This document shows positions 42,325 to 53,200 of a stretch of 64,000 bases of DNA, piece after piece. The position numbers were made by a program, and so were the translations under genes. The notes under the pieces were generated by a model, which was not told where the DNA came from, searched no databases, and saw nothing but the letters and a program-made list of their open reading frames with translations. How positions within the stretch are numbered: the stretch's first letter is position 1; each line of letters begins with the position of its first letter. The stretch spans positions 62,001-126,000 of the IMG/VR virus record IMGVR_UViG_3300031576_000001. One strand, given 5' to 3'.

Positions 42325-42579
42325 TCAGCCTACCTGGCACCCTTGCGCTAGCTCTTCGTAGCTCTTGACGGTTGAGGGTACCCATTTGAAGGCTACCAGC
42401 GTGCTCCCCATGATGATGCACTCCGTGTAGGTTTGCCCTGGTACCATGTGCTTCTTGACCCAACCGTTCGCCCCCGACGTGAGGTAGATCCCGGTGCCAA
42501 GCACGCCAGCGAAGCCATCAGCCTTCCAAGCCTCTTCGGTTTGATCGTCGATACCATTTGTAGGTGCTGGGTTGTCCAT
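42325..42579 (-). CDS. Hypothetical protein (84 aa)
   Basis: ORF tiling only. Confidence 0.5.
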   Translation of the reverse strand: MDNPAPTNGIDDQTEEAWKADGFAGVLGTGIYLTSGANGWVKKHMVPGQTYTECIIMGSTLVAFKWVPSTVKSYEELAQGCQVG

Positions 42580-42591
42580 AGTGTATCCCGC

Positions 42592-42906
42592 TCAGAGGGG
42601 GAGCACCGTGCCAGCCGAGAGGGTCACGCAACCCAGCGCCTTAGCGCCCGCTACCACGGACTGTATGTCCCCCAGCGTGCTTGTCTGCGCTGTCAATGGG
42701 TGTATGTAAATAGGCGTCGTCCCGTCCCCCCTGGATGTCGTGACCACGTAGTACGAGCCTGTTGTCCGTAGGACTAGCTCAAGGGTGCATGTGGGTGTAG
42801 CAGGTACCGTTCTCTCAGAAGCCGTGGAGAGTAGTATCGCCAGGTTGGCCGTGCCCAGAGATATGCCAACCCCGAGCCAGACGAACCAGAGGATGAGGCG
42901 TGTCAT
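42592..42906 (-). CDS. Small membrane-anchored protein (C...LGC family)
   Basis: Hydrophobic N-terminus; TCTLEL...AKALGC. Confidence 0.55.
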   Translation of the reverse strand: MTRLILWFVWLGVGISLGTANLAILLSTASERTVPATPTCTLELVLRTTGSYYVVTTSRGDGTTPIYIHPLTAQTSTLGDIQSVVAGAKALGCVTLSAGTVLPL

Positions 42907-42910
42907 GCGC

Positions 42911-43237
42911 TAACCCCCGTGCCCGCTTCTCAACCGAGCGTCGCTTCTTCCTGCGACGCTCCATCTGGGTCATCTCCACGTCCTCCAGGCGAGCAAAGAG
43001 GGCGTCGTCCACCTTGACCTCCTTGAACCTGTCGGTCTGGTCACCCTTACAGCCGTGCAGAAATACAGCACCACGGTAAAGCGGGTTGAGAAAGAGGTAA
43101 AGGGTGGTATCGGGTTCGTTGTCGGTCCACGCTGCCCAGCGTGATAGCGTCCCTTCGGAGGCGAGGTCTACTTCCATGGCGAGGTCCGGGTGGAGGTTGC
43201 CTGTTAGCACAGCGTCTACTATACCCCGGGACAGCAT
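42911..43237 (-). CDS. Hypothetical protein (TTA stop)
   Basis: Ends KRARG-TTA, 4 nt before the ATG of the next gene; start at 43237 or 43177. Confidence 0.5.
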
Positions 43238-43550
43238 GACAGACGACAGCGCACCAAAGGCCCTGCTAACCCCCCTCGACCCGGAAAGCCTCATGGCGCT
43301 ACAGAGGCACCAAGAGATCCGAGCCAAGATCGCCCACGATATGCTTGAGCTTGAGCAAGAGAAGGTCCGTTTGCTTGTCCTAGCCCAGGGCTTCGATAAG
43401 GAGGCACACTCCCTCTTCGCCAAGCTGCTTACCGAGAGGGGGCAGAACGCCGACGCCAAGGTCTACGTAGACTTCAAGGACGGTCTACTCAAGCCTGTAG
43501 GCGAGCCAAACGTCCACTCCTTAGCTAAGCCCCCCTATCCCCCCCTCTAA
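43236..43550 (+). CDS. Small coiled-coil hypothetical protein
   Basis: MTDDSAPK...; restarts the + strand structural run. Confidence 0.55.
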   Translation: MTDDSAPKALLTPLDPESLMALQRHQEIRAKIAHDMLELEQEKVRLLVLAQGFDKEAHSLFAKLLTERGQNADAKVYVDFKDGLLKPVGEPNVHSLAKPPYPPL

Positions 43551-43553
43551 GGC

Positions 43554-44891
43554 GTGGTTTACGCCAGGGACAGAAACCCACCCCCCACCCTAGAGTACCG
43601 AGCTACCCCGTGGCCGCTCCCTCCCCTTGAGGTATTTATGACTGGTGGGGTACCAGGGGTGTATGACCTACACTGGACACCCCCAGCGATACTCACCGGC
43701 AACGGGGGCTTCTGCCTTGTGGGGGTCAACGTCTACCGTAGCTTTGACTCGGAGTATGGCCCGTACCATCGGATAACGGAGCTACCTGTGGGCTCCCTGT
43801 ACTGGCAGGACCGGACGGGTAACGAGCTGGTTATCGAAGAGGACGTGACCGACCGGGTGACCCTCAAGGGTGACGCCGGTTCTTTCCCTCAGAACCCACG
43901 GTGGGCTTTCCAGGTCAGGTACCCTCCCATTGTCCGAGAGGGTAGCCAGGCTACGCCTACCCGCATACCACAGGACGTGAGAGCCTTCGTGGACGGGGTA
44001 GAGACTGCCGTGCTAGCCGTCTGGGGTGACACGGGGGAGGTCGAGATTGACACCCACCTGTACCCTAACGTGACGTACCAGACCCTCGACAAGCCACTAC
44101 TGCCCTCTCCGGGGTCTCGGGTGACCGTGACCTACCGCAGGAACCGTTCTCTCTTGCGGACGGACTTGAACACAAGGGTCTTTTACCGTGTCACCTCGGT
44201 AGCCTACCCGGCTTCTTGCTCCGCGCCTCACCAAGAGGACTTGCTAGAGACCCCTTTGGACCGTGCCCCGATGGCTTCTACACAGGAGACGGAAAAGCTG
44301 GACTGGGTATGGCGCGACGCGATTGAGCGCAACCGGTGGATTCTAGAGCAAGGCGGGGAGCGCGTGAGGGTCTTTATCAAGAAGACCGTGGGCGTGCCGT
44401 GTTTCTGCTTCCAAGAGCCCAGACACAAGCAGCCTCTAGCTGACTGCCGGGACTGTTACGGGTCAGGAATCCTTGGGGGTTACGAGGGACCGTGGGATAT
44501 ACTCATTGCCCCTGACGACGCTGAGCGACGGAAACGACAGAGTGAGAGGGGCAGGACCATTGAGCACAGTTACGAGACCTGGACAGGGCCGTCACCTCAA
44601 CTGGACCAGCGAGATTTCCTGGTCAAGTTGAACGGCAGGCGATACTCGATAGGTGCCGTGCGTACCCCCACAGCAAGGGGGATGGTCTTGCAACAGCACT
44701 TCACAATGAGTCAGCTCGACGAGAAGGACATACGCTACAGCGTCCCTCTAGGTAACCCCGTCAAGCACGTAGCTACGACGTTCACGCCGCTTTTCGCGCC
44801 ACCACCCCCAGACATTACCAACCACCCCACCGTGCCCGAAGAGATTGAGCTAAAAGGGCGCACCCGGGCGTGGGTTAACACCTCGTACTTA
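43554..44891 (+). CDS. Putative neck/head-closure protein (TTA stop)
   Basis: FnIII-like start, CFC...CRDCYGSG Zn motif, DQRDFLV...YSIGAV OB-like segment; ends WVNTSY-TTA. Confidence 0.55.
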
Positions 44892-44931
44892 CGACCGCTG
44901 GCTTATCACTCATTGCGCTTAGAGGCACACC

Positions 44932-45381
44932 ATGGCTTTCCTATCTGGTTTCAAGTTTGATCGCACGTTGCACCTCCTACGTAAGGAAATGCAGCGTCAG
45001 CTACGCAAGGCGCTCTTTCGTAAAGCGTTCACGCCACGCGAGCAAAAGACGCTCGCCCGAGCCCTCTCCGTGGAAAGTCGCGGTGGACAGCTACAGGTTG
45101 TCGCCCGCGACCCCAAGTACTTCTACCTTACCAGCAAGCGCAGCCGCACCTCTATGCGGTGGCTCCTTGGTAAGACAATCGCGCTCCGTACCCCATCGGG
45201 GCTAAAGTTTCGCAGGGCGACGGCACGTTCAATTGCCAGGGGCGGGTGGGTCTATCCCGCCAAACCTGCCCGCGATTACGTGCAAACCGCGGCGCTCCAA
45301 GCCAAGAAGATCATTGCCAAGGAGATCAAGGCAGACCTACGAGACATGCTCATGTCCGAGCTAAAGAAGGGCTTTCATTGA
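44932..45381 (+). CDS. Basic putative neck/tail-completion protein (149 aa)
   Basis: Position in the structural run; TGATG overlap with the next gene. Confidence 0.45.
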   Translation: MAFLSGFKFDRTLHLLRKEMQRQLRKALFRKAFTPREQKTLARALSVESRGGQLQVVARDPKYFYLTSKRSRTSMRWLLGKTIALRTPSGLKFRRATARSIARGGWVYPAKPARDYVQTAALQAKKIIAKEIKADLRDMLMSELKKGFH

Positions 45382-45890
45382 TGAGCGTTACGGTGCTCAA
45401 CATTGACGGCGACGTGGTAGTTGTCCATGACATCGGGGAGTCCCTTGCGCCCGGTAGTCAGGCTACCATTGCCGACGACAAGGCGCTCAGGTCCACCGAC
45501 CTCTGGCGAGCTATCTCTCAGCGGAGGCTCTATCAGCTAAAGACGGAGATTGCGATAGCCCCCTCGCCCACGCCTAACAAGCCGGCGCCCGCGAACCTGC
45601 AAAAACCCCCTAGCCTCTCCGACGTGCTTTCCCGCCTGGATACCATCATTGGGCTACTGAGAGAGCTACCCCTGTCTACCCAGGCGCCCCCCACGCAACC
45701 CAGCCTCCGTAGCCGCACCCCCCGGTCTGAAGAGGAAGCTGCCCCGGCGCCAGCGCCCTTGTTCCTACCTACACTGACCACCCCGGAAAGCTCGCGCGTG
45801 CAAGGGGAAGGTCTAGCCAAAGAGGGTGGGGGCTCGTCCAGTGTCACTGAAAACGCCTCTAGACTGCGCGCCCTCCGAAACCTCCAATGA
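45381..45890 (+). CDS. Hypothetical Pro-rich protein
   Basis: TGATG-coupled start. Confidence 0.55.
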   Translation: MSVTVLNIDGDVVVVHDIGESLAPGSQATIADDKALRSTDLWRAISQRRLYQLKTEIAIAPSPTPNKPAPANLQKPPSLSDVLSRLDTIIGLLRELPLSTQAPPTQPSLRSRTPRSEEEAAPAPAPLFLPTLTTPESSRVQGEGLAKEGGGSSSVTENASRLRALRNLQ

Positions 45891-45900
45891 GACCCCTGAC

Positions 45901-46482
45901 ATGACACACCCGGTATGGAATGACCCTCTAGGTTTTGACCCTATCTTGCACGGACCCCCCTACCTACGGGTCAACAAGCAGCACCCCACGGGAATGTACC
46001 CCAAGGTCGCCTCTTTGCCCCGGGCGCTCAACATGGGGGCGTTGGGCTCCTTGGTCGCGTTCCTGCGGGCGCTGGCGCTGGTCCACCAAGGGCACCACTG
46101 GCTAACCCAGGGGGCGCACTTCTACGCTGACCACCTTCTCTTTGACCGCCTGTACGAGGGCGCAGTCAAGCACGTAGACCCTCTAGCGGAGCGAGCCGTA
46201 GGGGAGGGCGCTGGTGCTTCGCTGTCACCTTTTCTGCAAGCCAACCTCGTCGCTCGCTACCTGGGCTTCTTTTACGGTACGCACCCCATCAATCCCACGC
46301 CGGACCAGATGGTCATGGCCTCTCTTGACGGGGAGGATGCTTTTCTGGCTCACCTGAGAGAGTGTCGCACCCTCTTGCCCAACCTCAGCTCAGGGACGGG
46401 CAACCTCTTGGACGAGACAGCGGACTTGCACGAGAGTCACGTTTACCTCTTGCGCCAGCGCGCCCCCTCCGTGCTAAAGTAA
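45901..46482 (+). CDS. Dps/ferritin-like four-helix protein
   Basis: HQGHHW..QG.HFYADHLLFDRLY...D.LAER...HESHVYLL matches the Dps-type pattern. Confidence 0.65.
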   Translation: MTHPVWNDPLGFDPILHGPPYLRVNKQHPTGMYPKVASLPRALNMGALGSLVAFLRALALVHQGHHWLTQGAHFYADHLLFDRLYEGAVKHVDPLAERAVGEGAGASLSPFLQANLVARYLGFFYGTHPINPTPDQMVMASLDGEDAFLAHLRECRTLLPNLSSGTGNLLDETADLHESHVYLLRQRAPSVLK

Positions 46483-46488
46483 ACCAGC

Positions 46489-46545
46489 ATGACAAAGAGC
46501 GAATTTCTTCCGGGCGTTGGGCTGGACATCGGAACCATGCCGTGA
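46489..46545 (+). pseudogene. Orphaned original 5' end (MTKSEFLPGVGLDIGTMP*) of the actin-like gene
   Basis: The DIGTM phosphate-1 motif is duplicated at 47462-47476 on the far side of the endonuclease gene. Confidence 0.8.
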
Positions 46546-46563
46546 TAGCGTTAGGGAGAAGCT

Positions 46564-47439
46564 ATGCCCAGGCGAGAAATACCAAAATGTGTGTTGGAAG
46601 CAGCACTAGAGTCAAACCCTATGATTACTCTTGTGGGCTTGGCAATTGTCTGTCAGTGCTCTGCGACATCTGTAGCTAGGAACTTGGCGAGACATAGCCT
46701 GCGAACGAAACGCTGGTCCGAGAGGCGACACAGCGACGAAACTAAGCAAAAGATGCGAGATAGTGTACCAGACAGATCGGGTGCTCGTAATCCCAACTTT
46801 GGGGTGAAGGACCGTCCTTGGCTAGAAGGGGATAAGAACGCTTTGCGACAATGGCACAAGGCTAACCCTGATTTCGGAGAGAGGCAAAAGGGAGAAAATA
46901 ACCCTGTACACAAGGTAAAGCATCTCTACAATGATGCCAGCTATGTGCTCCGCATAACGTCTGGGATACGTGCTCATGCTAAAGCTAAAGCCGGGCACAC
47001 TTACGAGGAAACCTACGGTGGGGCGAAAGCAGAAGAATATAAGGAACAACTGCGCCGTGCGTCCCCTGCTAGAATGGCAAAGTTCAAGCGAAAAGTCACG
47101 GCACCTGAAGCAGCCGTAGCGGTTATGCTCCAAAGTCTTGGGGTGTGCTATGTGGAGCAAGCGCCTTTGGGTTACTACACTGTTGACTTCTTGGTTCCTA
47201 ACGTGAAGCTGGTTATCCAAGCTGATGGGGACTTCTGGCACGGACACCCCGATAAGTATACCGTAGAATCGCTTACTCCCACACAAAAGAAACAGAAGCG
47301 TCTGGACTCCTCAACCAACTCTTACCTCGTCTCGCGAGATTATCGCGTGCTACGCCTTTGGGAGAGTGACATCAAAGATAAAGCTGCGGAGTGCCTGGCA
47401 CGTATCAAACAATACCTGGAGGTCACAAATGGAGAATAA
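46564..47439 (+). mobile_element. Putative homing endonuclease (HTH/NUMOD3-like + DUF559/Vsr-like domain)
   Basis: HSDETKQKM; EQAPLGYYTVDFLV...IQADGDFWHG...VLRLWESD. Confidence 0.78.
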
Positions 47440-48430
47440 CTACAAGCTAGGCTGCGCAATTGATATAGGAACAATGAATTTGGTTTCTGCTAGGCAAAAC
47501 CAGCAAGGAAAGGTGGTTACCAAGAGCATCCGTGACTGCTTTCTCGACCTTGAGCCAGACGCCAAGAAGACCCTCAAGCTCTCCCGCGTACCGTACACGG
47601 AACAAGCCGGGCAACTGGTCGTCCTGGGGGAGGCGGCATTCCGGTTTGCCTCTCTGTTCAAGAGGGAGGTACGGCGCCCCTTGCAGCGTGGGGTGATTGC
47701 AGCCGGCGAGCTAGACGCTCAGAAAATCCTGTCCCTGCTCATCTTTCACGCACTGGACGTGCCGCTCACCGCCGGAGAGGCTTGCCACTACAGCGTGCCC
47801 GCGGCGCCTGTGGACGACACCACACAGGACGTGTTTTACCACCAAGAGGTCTTCCGCAAGATCCTGACTGACCATGGGTACAAACCTACGCCCGTCAACG
47901 AAGCCATGGCTATCCTGTTCTCGCAGTGTGCCCAAGAGAACTTCTCCGGGGTGACGATGAGCTACGGGTCTGGTCAGGTGAATGTGGCTCTTGGTTACCA
48001 GACTATCGAAGGGCTAACCTTTAGCCACACTCATGCCGGTGACTGGGTTGACATTCACGCCGGTAAGGCTGTGGGGCTCACCGCTCAGAGAATGTGTGTC
48101 ATCAAAGAGAAGGGTGTGGACCTCCTCGCCCCGAAAACCAGGGAGGAGGAGGCTTTGGCGCTCTACATGCGAAGCGCCATGGACTACACCCTTTTTCACT
48201 TGAAGCGTGAGTTTGATAAGGTACGGGCCACGCTGGACATCGCTGAGCCCTTGCCGATCATCCTCTCAGGGGGGATGACAAGAGCGGGTAACTTTCTACC
48301 CATCTTCCAAGAGGCTATCAAGGGCGTCGCGCTACCCTTTGAGGTCAGCGAGGTCAGACTAGCCACGGACCCCATGACTTCGGTAGCTGAGGGCTTGCTG
48401 GTTCTGGCTCAACAAGAGGCTGACGGCTGA
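47429..48430 (+). CDS. Actin/FtsA/ParM-superfamily ATPase
   Basis: GGAGG SD; AIDIGT (phosphate 1), MSYGSGQVN (phosphate 2), IILSGGMT (adenosine), VAEG (connect 2). Confidence 0.75.
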   Translation: MENNYKLGCAIDIGTMNLVSARQNQQGKVVTKSIRDCFLDLEPDAKKTLKLSRVPYTEQAGQLVVLGEAAFRFASLFKREVRRPLQRGVIAAGELDAQKILSLLIFHALDVPLTAGEACHYSVPAAPVDDTTQDVFYHQEVFRKILTDHGYKPTPVNEAMAILFSQCAQENFSGVTMSYGSGQVNVALGYQTIEGLTFSHTHAGDWVDIHAGKAVGLTAQRMCVIKEKGVDLLAPKTREEEALALYMRSAMDYTLFHLKREFDKVRATLDIAEPLPIILSGGMTRAGNFLPIFQEAIKGVALPFEVSEVRLATDPMTSVAEGLLVLAQQEADG

Positions 48431-48475
48431 GCCTCGCCCTTTCCACCTCTCTTAAAGGAGAAGGCTTAGCCCACC

Positions 48476-49615
48476 ATGTACGCCTACCTCCTCTCCCCCT
48501 TGAAGCGTAGACTCCTCTTGGAGCTTCAAGAGAGCTTCACAAGACACCCGGTCTACCACAAAATAGTCCCCTTTATCCAGAACAGGTTCGCTTTTGATGA
48601 GCGCCCTCAGTACGGGATCGTCATGAAGGGCGGCTCTGTCACCCCGGTTCAGCTAGCGGCAGACCACCATTTGGGGACCGTCGTGAGTCACGTCATGCTG
48701 GCGTACTTCGGTCAACCGGTCTTCCCTCTGGAGTGGGTCAGGGAAGACACGGGGGCAATACGAGCCAACCGCAACGTCATGCCTACCCTCCCGGGCGTGT
48801 ACTACCTGGAGGTTCTACAAGCACCCACCGACCCTCAGCGCCCGGGTCAGTTCATCATTGACCCCTTGTTGACGGTGACCGATGAGTTTCTCTTGCAATT
48901 CGAGACGGGGCTGGAAACCAGCGTCACCCTAAAGCACCCACCCCTCTCAGGGACGCTCCGTGTGTGGGAGAACCGCAGGACTCTTCTCAGAGAGGGGGTG
49001 GACTACACGGTAGACTACCCCACGGGCACCCTTACCCTGTTGACCCCCTACCGAGCCCGAGCGTACCTCACGGCGGACTATCGTTACCCTGTGGCGAGCA
49101 TTGGGCCCGTAGACTTCTATTGGAACCGAGCGGACGTGTCCACGCTCCCCGGCGTGGTCCTGGCTTTTGGCAAGCGTGCCAAGAAGGGTGACAAGGTGGG
49201 CGTGGTTGTCTACCCAGACCGAGTAGACACCGCCAGAGCCTACGGAGGGCGTATCGACGCCAACTTTGACCTCGACGTGATCGCCCGGGACAGTAACCAA
49301 GTCGAAGAGATAGCCGACTACGCCCTCATGGCCTTTTGGTATGAGAAGCGGTCCTCACTGTCTTTTGAGGGTATCGAGGTCATGGAGTGCAGCATTTCCG
49401 GGGAAAGTGAGGACGTGTACGACGAGGCGGGCGATGACTACTATTACCAAGCCTCTCTGTCGCTCAGGGTTCAAGCCGACTGGGAAGTACACGTACCGCT
49501 GCCGCTCACAATTTCTCGCGTCACTCCCGAGCCAAAGCCCCTCGCTGGCGCTGGCTTGTACTTTGCCGCGCACCCCGTGATCGTCGGGCGGAATAACGAC
49601 TACGAGCGCCTATTA
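48476..49615 (+). CDS. Putative tail completion/terminator-type protein (TTA stop)
   Basis: Upstream of sheath; FDLDVIARD...EEIAD pattern; ends YERL-TTA-GGG-TAA. Confidence 0.5.
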
Positions 49616-49688
49616 GGGTAACCTCCCACAGGTGTCCCCTGAAGAGTGCAGACAACCTAGAGACGGTAACTCTGCTACCGTAACCACC

Positions 49689-50126
49689 ATGCCCAAGTAC
49701 ACCTTCGCGTGCCCGGATTGCGAGCTACTCTTTGACCGTACCCTCAAGCTAGCCAGCCACTCAGAGCACCCCTGCCCTCTTTGCAAGAGGCTAGCCCCAC
49801 GCCAGTGGTCAGAGCAAAACTTTGCAGCCTCTTTCGCGGTCCCTGCTAACAAGCCTACAGGGAACACGGGGGTACACGACCTGGATAACCCTACCGCAGA
49901 CAAAGCCGTGGGACGGTCTGCTTTCTCTCGGTGGGAGTCCTACGAGGGGCGCAAGGAAGTCAAGGAAAAGGCTCGCCAAGAGGGCGGTACACACGCACTC
50001 ATCCGTCACGACGACGGGCAACACACCGACTACGAGCCAATGACCGCCCTTGGGCTTGACGCCCATCGTAAGCTCGCCAGGGAAGCCTACAGCAAGGCAA
50101 AGAAATCTTCTATCCTACCCAGCTTA
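49689..50126 (+). CDS. FmdB-like Zn-ribbon protein (TTA stop)
   Basis: MPKYTFACPDC...CPLC; ends ILPS-TTA-GGG-TAG. Confidence 0.6.
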
Positions 50127-50248
50127 GGGTAGAGAGCACGCTGGGCGCCTTCTTTGTGGAATAAACGCGGCCCTGCCTCTCTAGATGTACACCCAAACCC
50201 AAATGATCATGAAGATAACCCACCTTTCCACAAGGGTTACCCAATACC

Positions 50249-53200
50249 ATGGCTTTTGGACCGTTTCCGACCTACGCCCCTCCTGGGGTGTATACTCGCA
50301 CCACCCGCGACGCTAACCTTCAAGGCGTGCTCGCCAACCTCAGAATCCCCTTCGTTATCGGGGTGGGTCAGGAGGAGCTAGAGCAGCTTGACTATGAGCT
50401 AATCCGCGGGTCTAGCTCGACCTCGGACACCCCTGTCTTCAACGAAGACCCCAGTGAGCGTTGGGTTCTGGACGAGATCAACCCTGCTAACCCCACGTTG
50501 GGCGCTCAGACGGGCGCCTTGACCAAGCTCCGGGTCAGAAACTTCCCCATTGTGGACGGTCAGGGGTTCGGTATCACGACCAATGACGCTCGCAAGGTGA
50601 CGGTCAAGGTCAACGGTGTCCCTGTCACGGTGGGAGCGGTACAGGGCAGCACGGGAATGGTCACGTTGCAAGTGCCCACCCAGCCCACGGACGTGGTGAG
50701 GGTGACTTACCAGTTCCACCGGGGGGACACGGCGTTTCAGGATGACGTGTCTGCCCAGGTCACAGCGGACTCGGCGGTACTTCTCAGCCCCGGCGTAGAG
50801 CCGTACAACATTCAGGCTGGCACGTCGGACCAGTTCAAGCTCAAGGTCAACGGGACGAGCCGCACGGTGGTTTTTGTGGCGAACCCCGCAACCACGGCGG
50901 CATCCGTCAAGAGCCAGATTGACGCCGCCATGCTGGGTACGGGGCTATCCACCTCGGTCTTCACGGACAACCAGGGGCTAAAGCACCTACAGCTAAACGC
51001 TCAGGTCTCTCTGGAAATCGAGGACGGCACCGCCAACGGTATCCTGGGTTTCACCCAGGGCAACAAGACGACGCGCAACCAAGTCTTTCAAGTTTTCCAG
51101 CGCCCCGTGGTAGACGGAACCAGCGCCGGTCTGACCACCACGGACCCCTCTAAGGTCGTGGTCAAGGTCAACGGGCTGCAAGTCCTAGCCTCTGCGGTGG
51201 ATGGCACCAATGGCAAGGTTACCCTACCCAGCGCGCCACCCCCAGGGGCGAGCGTGACGGTAGCCTACTTCTCGAACACCTGGCAGGACACCTTTGACTA
51301 CCTCCCCAACACGGCGGTAACCACGGTTCTACGTTCGGGTATCTCTCCCGGGCGTAGTGATTACATCCAGGGCCCTGACTTTGTAGTCAGTAACCCCTCC
51401 CCCGACGTGAGCATCATTCACTGGGGAGCCTCGGTCTCGGTAGCGTCTGACATTCGCACGGCGGGCGCAGAGCTTTTTGACGGCACGCAGGTACTTCCAA
51501 CCCTGGTTGACGAACGGCGCTACCTGGCAGAGTGTGAGCGGTTCACGGATACCACGGTGGTCCCGAGCCAGGTTTCCTCGACCGTGTTCCTCCTGCCCGA
51601 CGTGCCTACGCTGGGTAATGGCAGGGATACCCCTCTCGGTCAGACCCTCTACAACTCGATTTCTAACGCCAGGGCAGCCCTGGACAGCAACCGCCCAGAC
51701 CTTGTAACCGTGTACACCGGCAGAACCCTCTCCGATGCTCTGGGTCGGAGCGCCGCTACGGTCGTTGCTGTGGACGGCGTGACCCGCAAGGTGACGCTGA
51801 AAGACCCTGTACCCCCGGACCACCTGGCGTTTGCTACCTTCTACTACAACCGGCTTGTTGACGACACCTACGTCCTGACCAACAGGGTAGCTGGTCCGGT
51901 AGGCACGGGACAGTATGAGGTTCTCTCGGCTCTCCGGGCGGTGAACCTCTTCCAAGTCAAGTTTGGCACCAAGGTAGGCTTTGCTCAGACCCTCCAGTGG
52001 CCCCGCGGCGTAGAGAACATCCCCGATGCTTTCCACACCGGGGACGGCACCCCCGTGTCGGAAATCGTCACGGTCACCTTTGCCACGGCGCCCGCGACCA
52101 ACGCGGTCTTCACCAACGACGGCGCCGCGCCTTACAACTTCTATGTACCCAGCGCCACCTGGGTAACGAAGCTCAACCTTGTAGACCAGACAACCAACCT
52201 CGTCACCGCAACCCGTGGCGTCATGGTCTCGTCCCGTGTCCCCCTCACGGCGGGCATGATCACGGTCCCCGTAGCGCCAGATAACATTCTGGAACTCACG
52301 GTGGACACGGGCAGCATCACGGGCACAACCAACTCAGAGATCCTCTCCGTGTCGGTAGCGTTGCCCACGGGCGCTCAAACCCCCGTGGCTCTGGTCACCG
52401 CCATCAATGCCGCGATTGACGCCGCGCTGACAGCGGAGCTTGGACCCACGGTGGCTACGCTCTGCTCGACCGTGACCATTGGTACGGACGCCGTGTTCAT
52501 CATCCGGTCGTTCACTACGCCCGCAGCCTTGCCGTCAGGCTTTGACACCAAGAGCACGGTGAGCATTGCACAGGGCACCGCCGAGACCCTTCTAGGCTTC
52601 ACCACCTTCCAAACTGCCTCTGGGTCGCCCCAGTCGATCAACAAGCCCGCCACCTTGGTTGGCTCCCTCGTTGGACCCTACAACATCACGGCTGGGCTCA
52701 ACGACACCTTCAGGGTCCGGGTCAACGGGACAGACTACACGATCTTCCTGCCCACCGGACCCGCCGTGACCACGGCAGCCATGGTCGCCCAGATCAACCT
52801 GTCCACGGCGCTCTCCCTCGCCAGCGTGGGTACGTTGTCCAACCTGGGTAAGGTCCGGCTTACTGCACCTAGCAACACGGACCAAAGCTCCCTGGTCATT
52901 CTGAACGGCTCCAGCAACACCGTACTCGGCGTCACAGAGAACGATACCGCCTCTCAGGTGAGGGTCACCAACCAAGAGGTAGTCAACTCCCTCATGGCTA
53001 CGGCAGGCTTCGCTGCGAGCGCGATTGCCTACCCCCAGACCTTCTCGGGTCAGGGGTCGTTTGTCACCATCGAGACCCTGAGCACGGGCGCGGGCGCAAG
53101 CATTGCCTTTGCAAACTCGGCTAACTCAGCCTTCAACCTCCTGGCGGGCACCGGAATTCGCCCTGGCATTGACGGTGACAACGGAGAGAATGCTCACGAC

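Noticed and set aside
43235-43238. Head-to-head genes sharing a palindromic CATG
   Set aside because: The minus-strand gene could equally start at 43177, and neither start is well supported.
46540-47476. Group I intron interrupting the actin-like gene
   Set aside because: The DIGTM segment is present on both sides and a new SD/ATG is supplied; I found no recognisable P/Q/R/S core.
14475-50115. TTCTATCC near intergenic regions (14475, 25263, 50108) as a late promoter
   Set aside because: Picked post hoc, only three exact copies, inconsistent distance to starts.
21526-50129. TTAGGG (vertebrate telomere hexamer) at 21526, 49613 and 50124
   Set aside because: Single isolated copies explained by TTA stop plus GGG; no tandem array.
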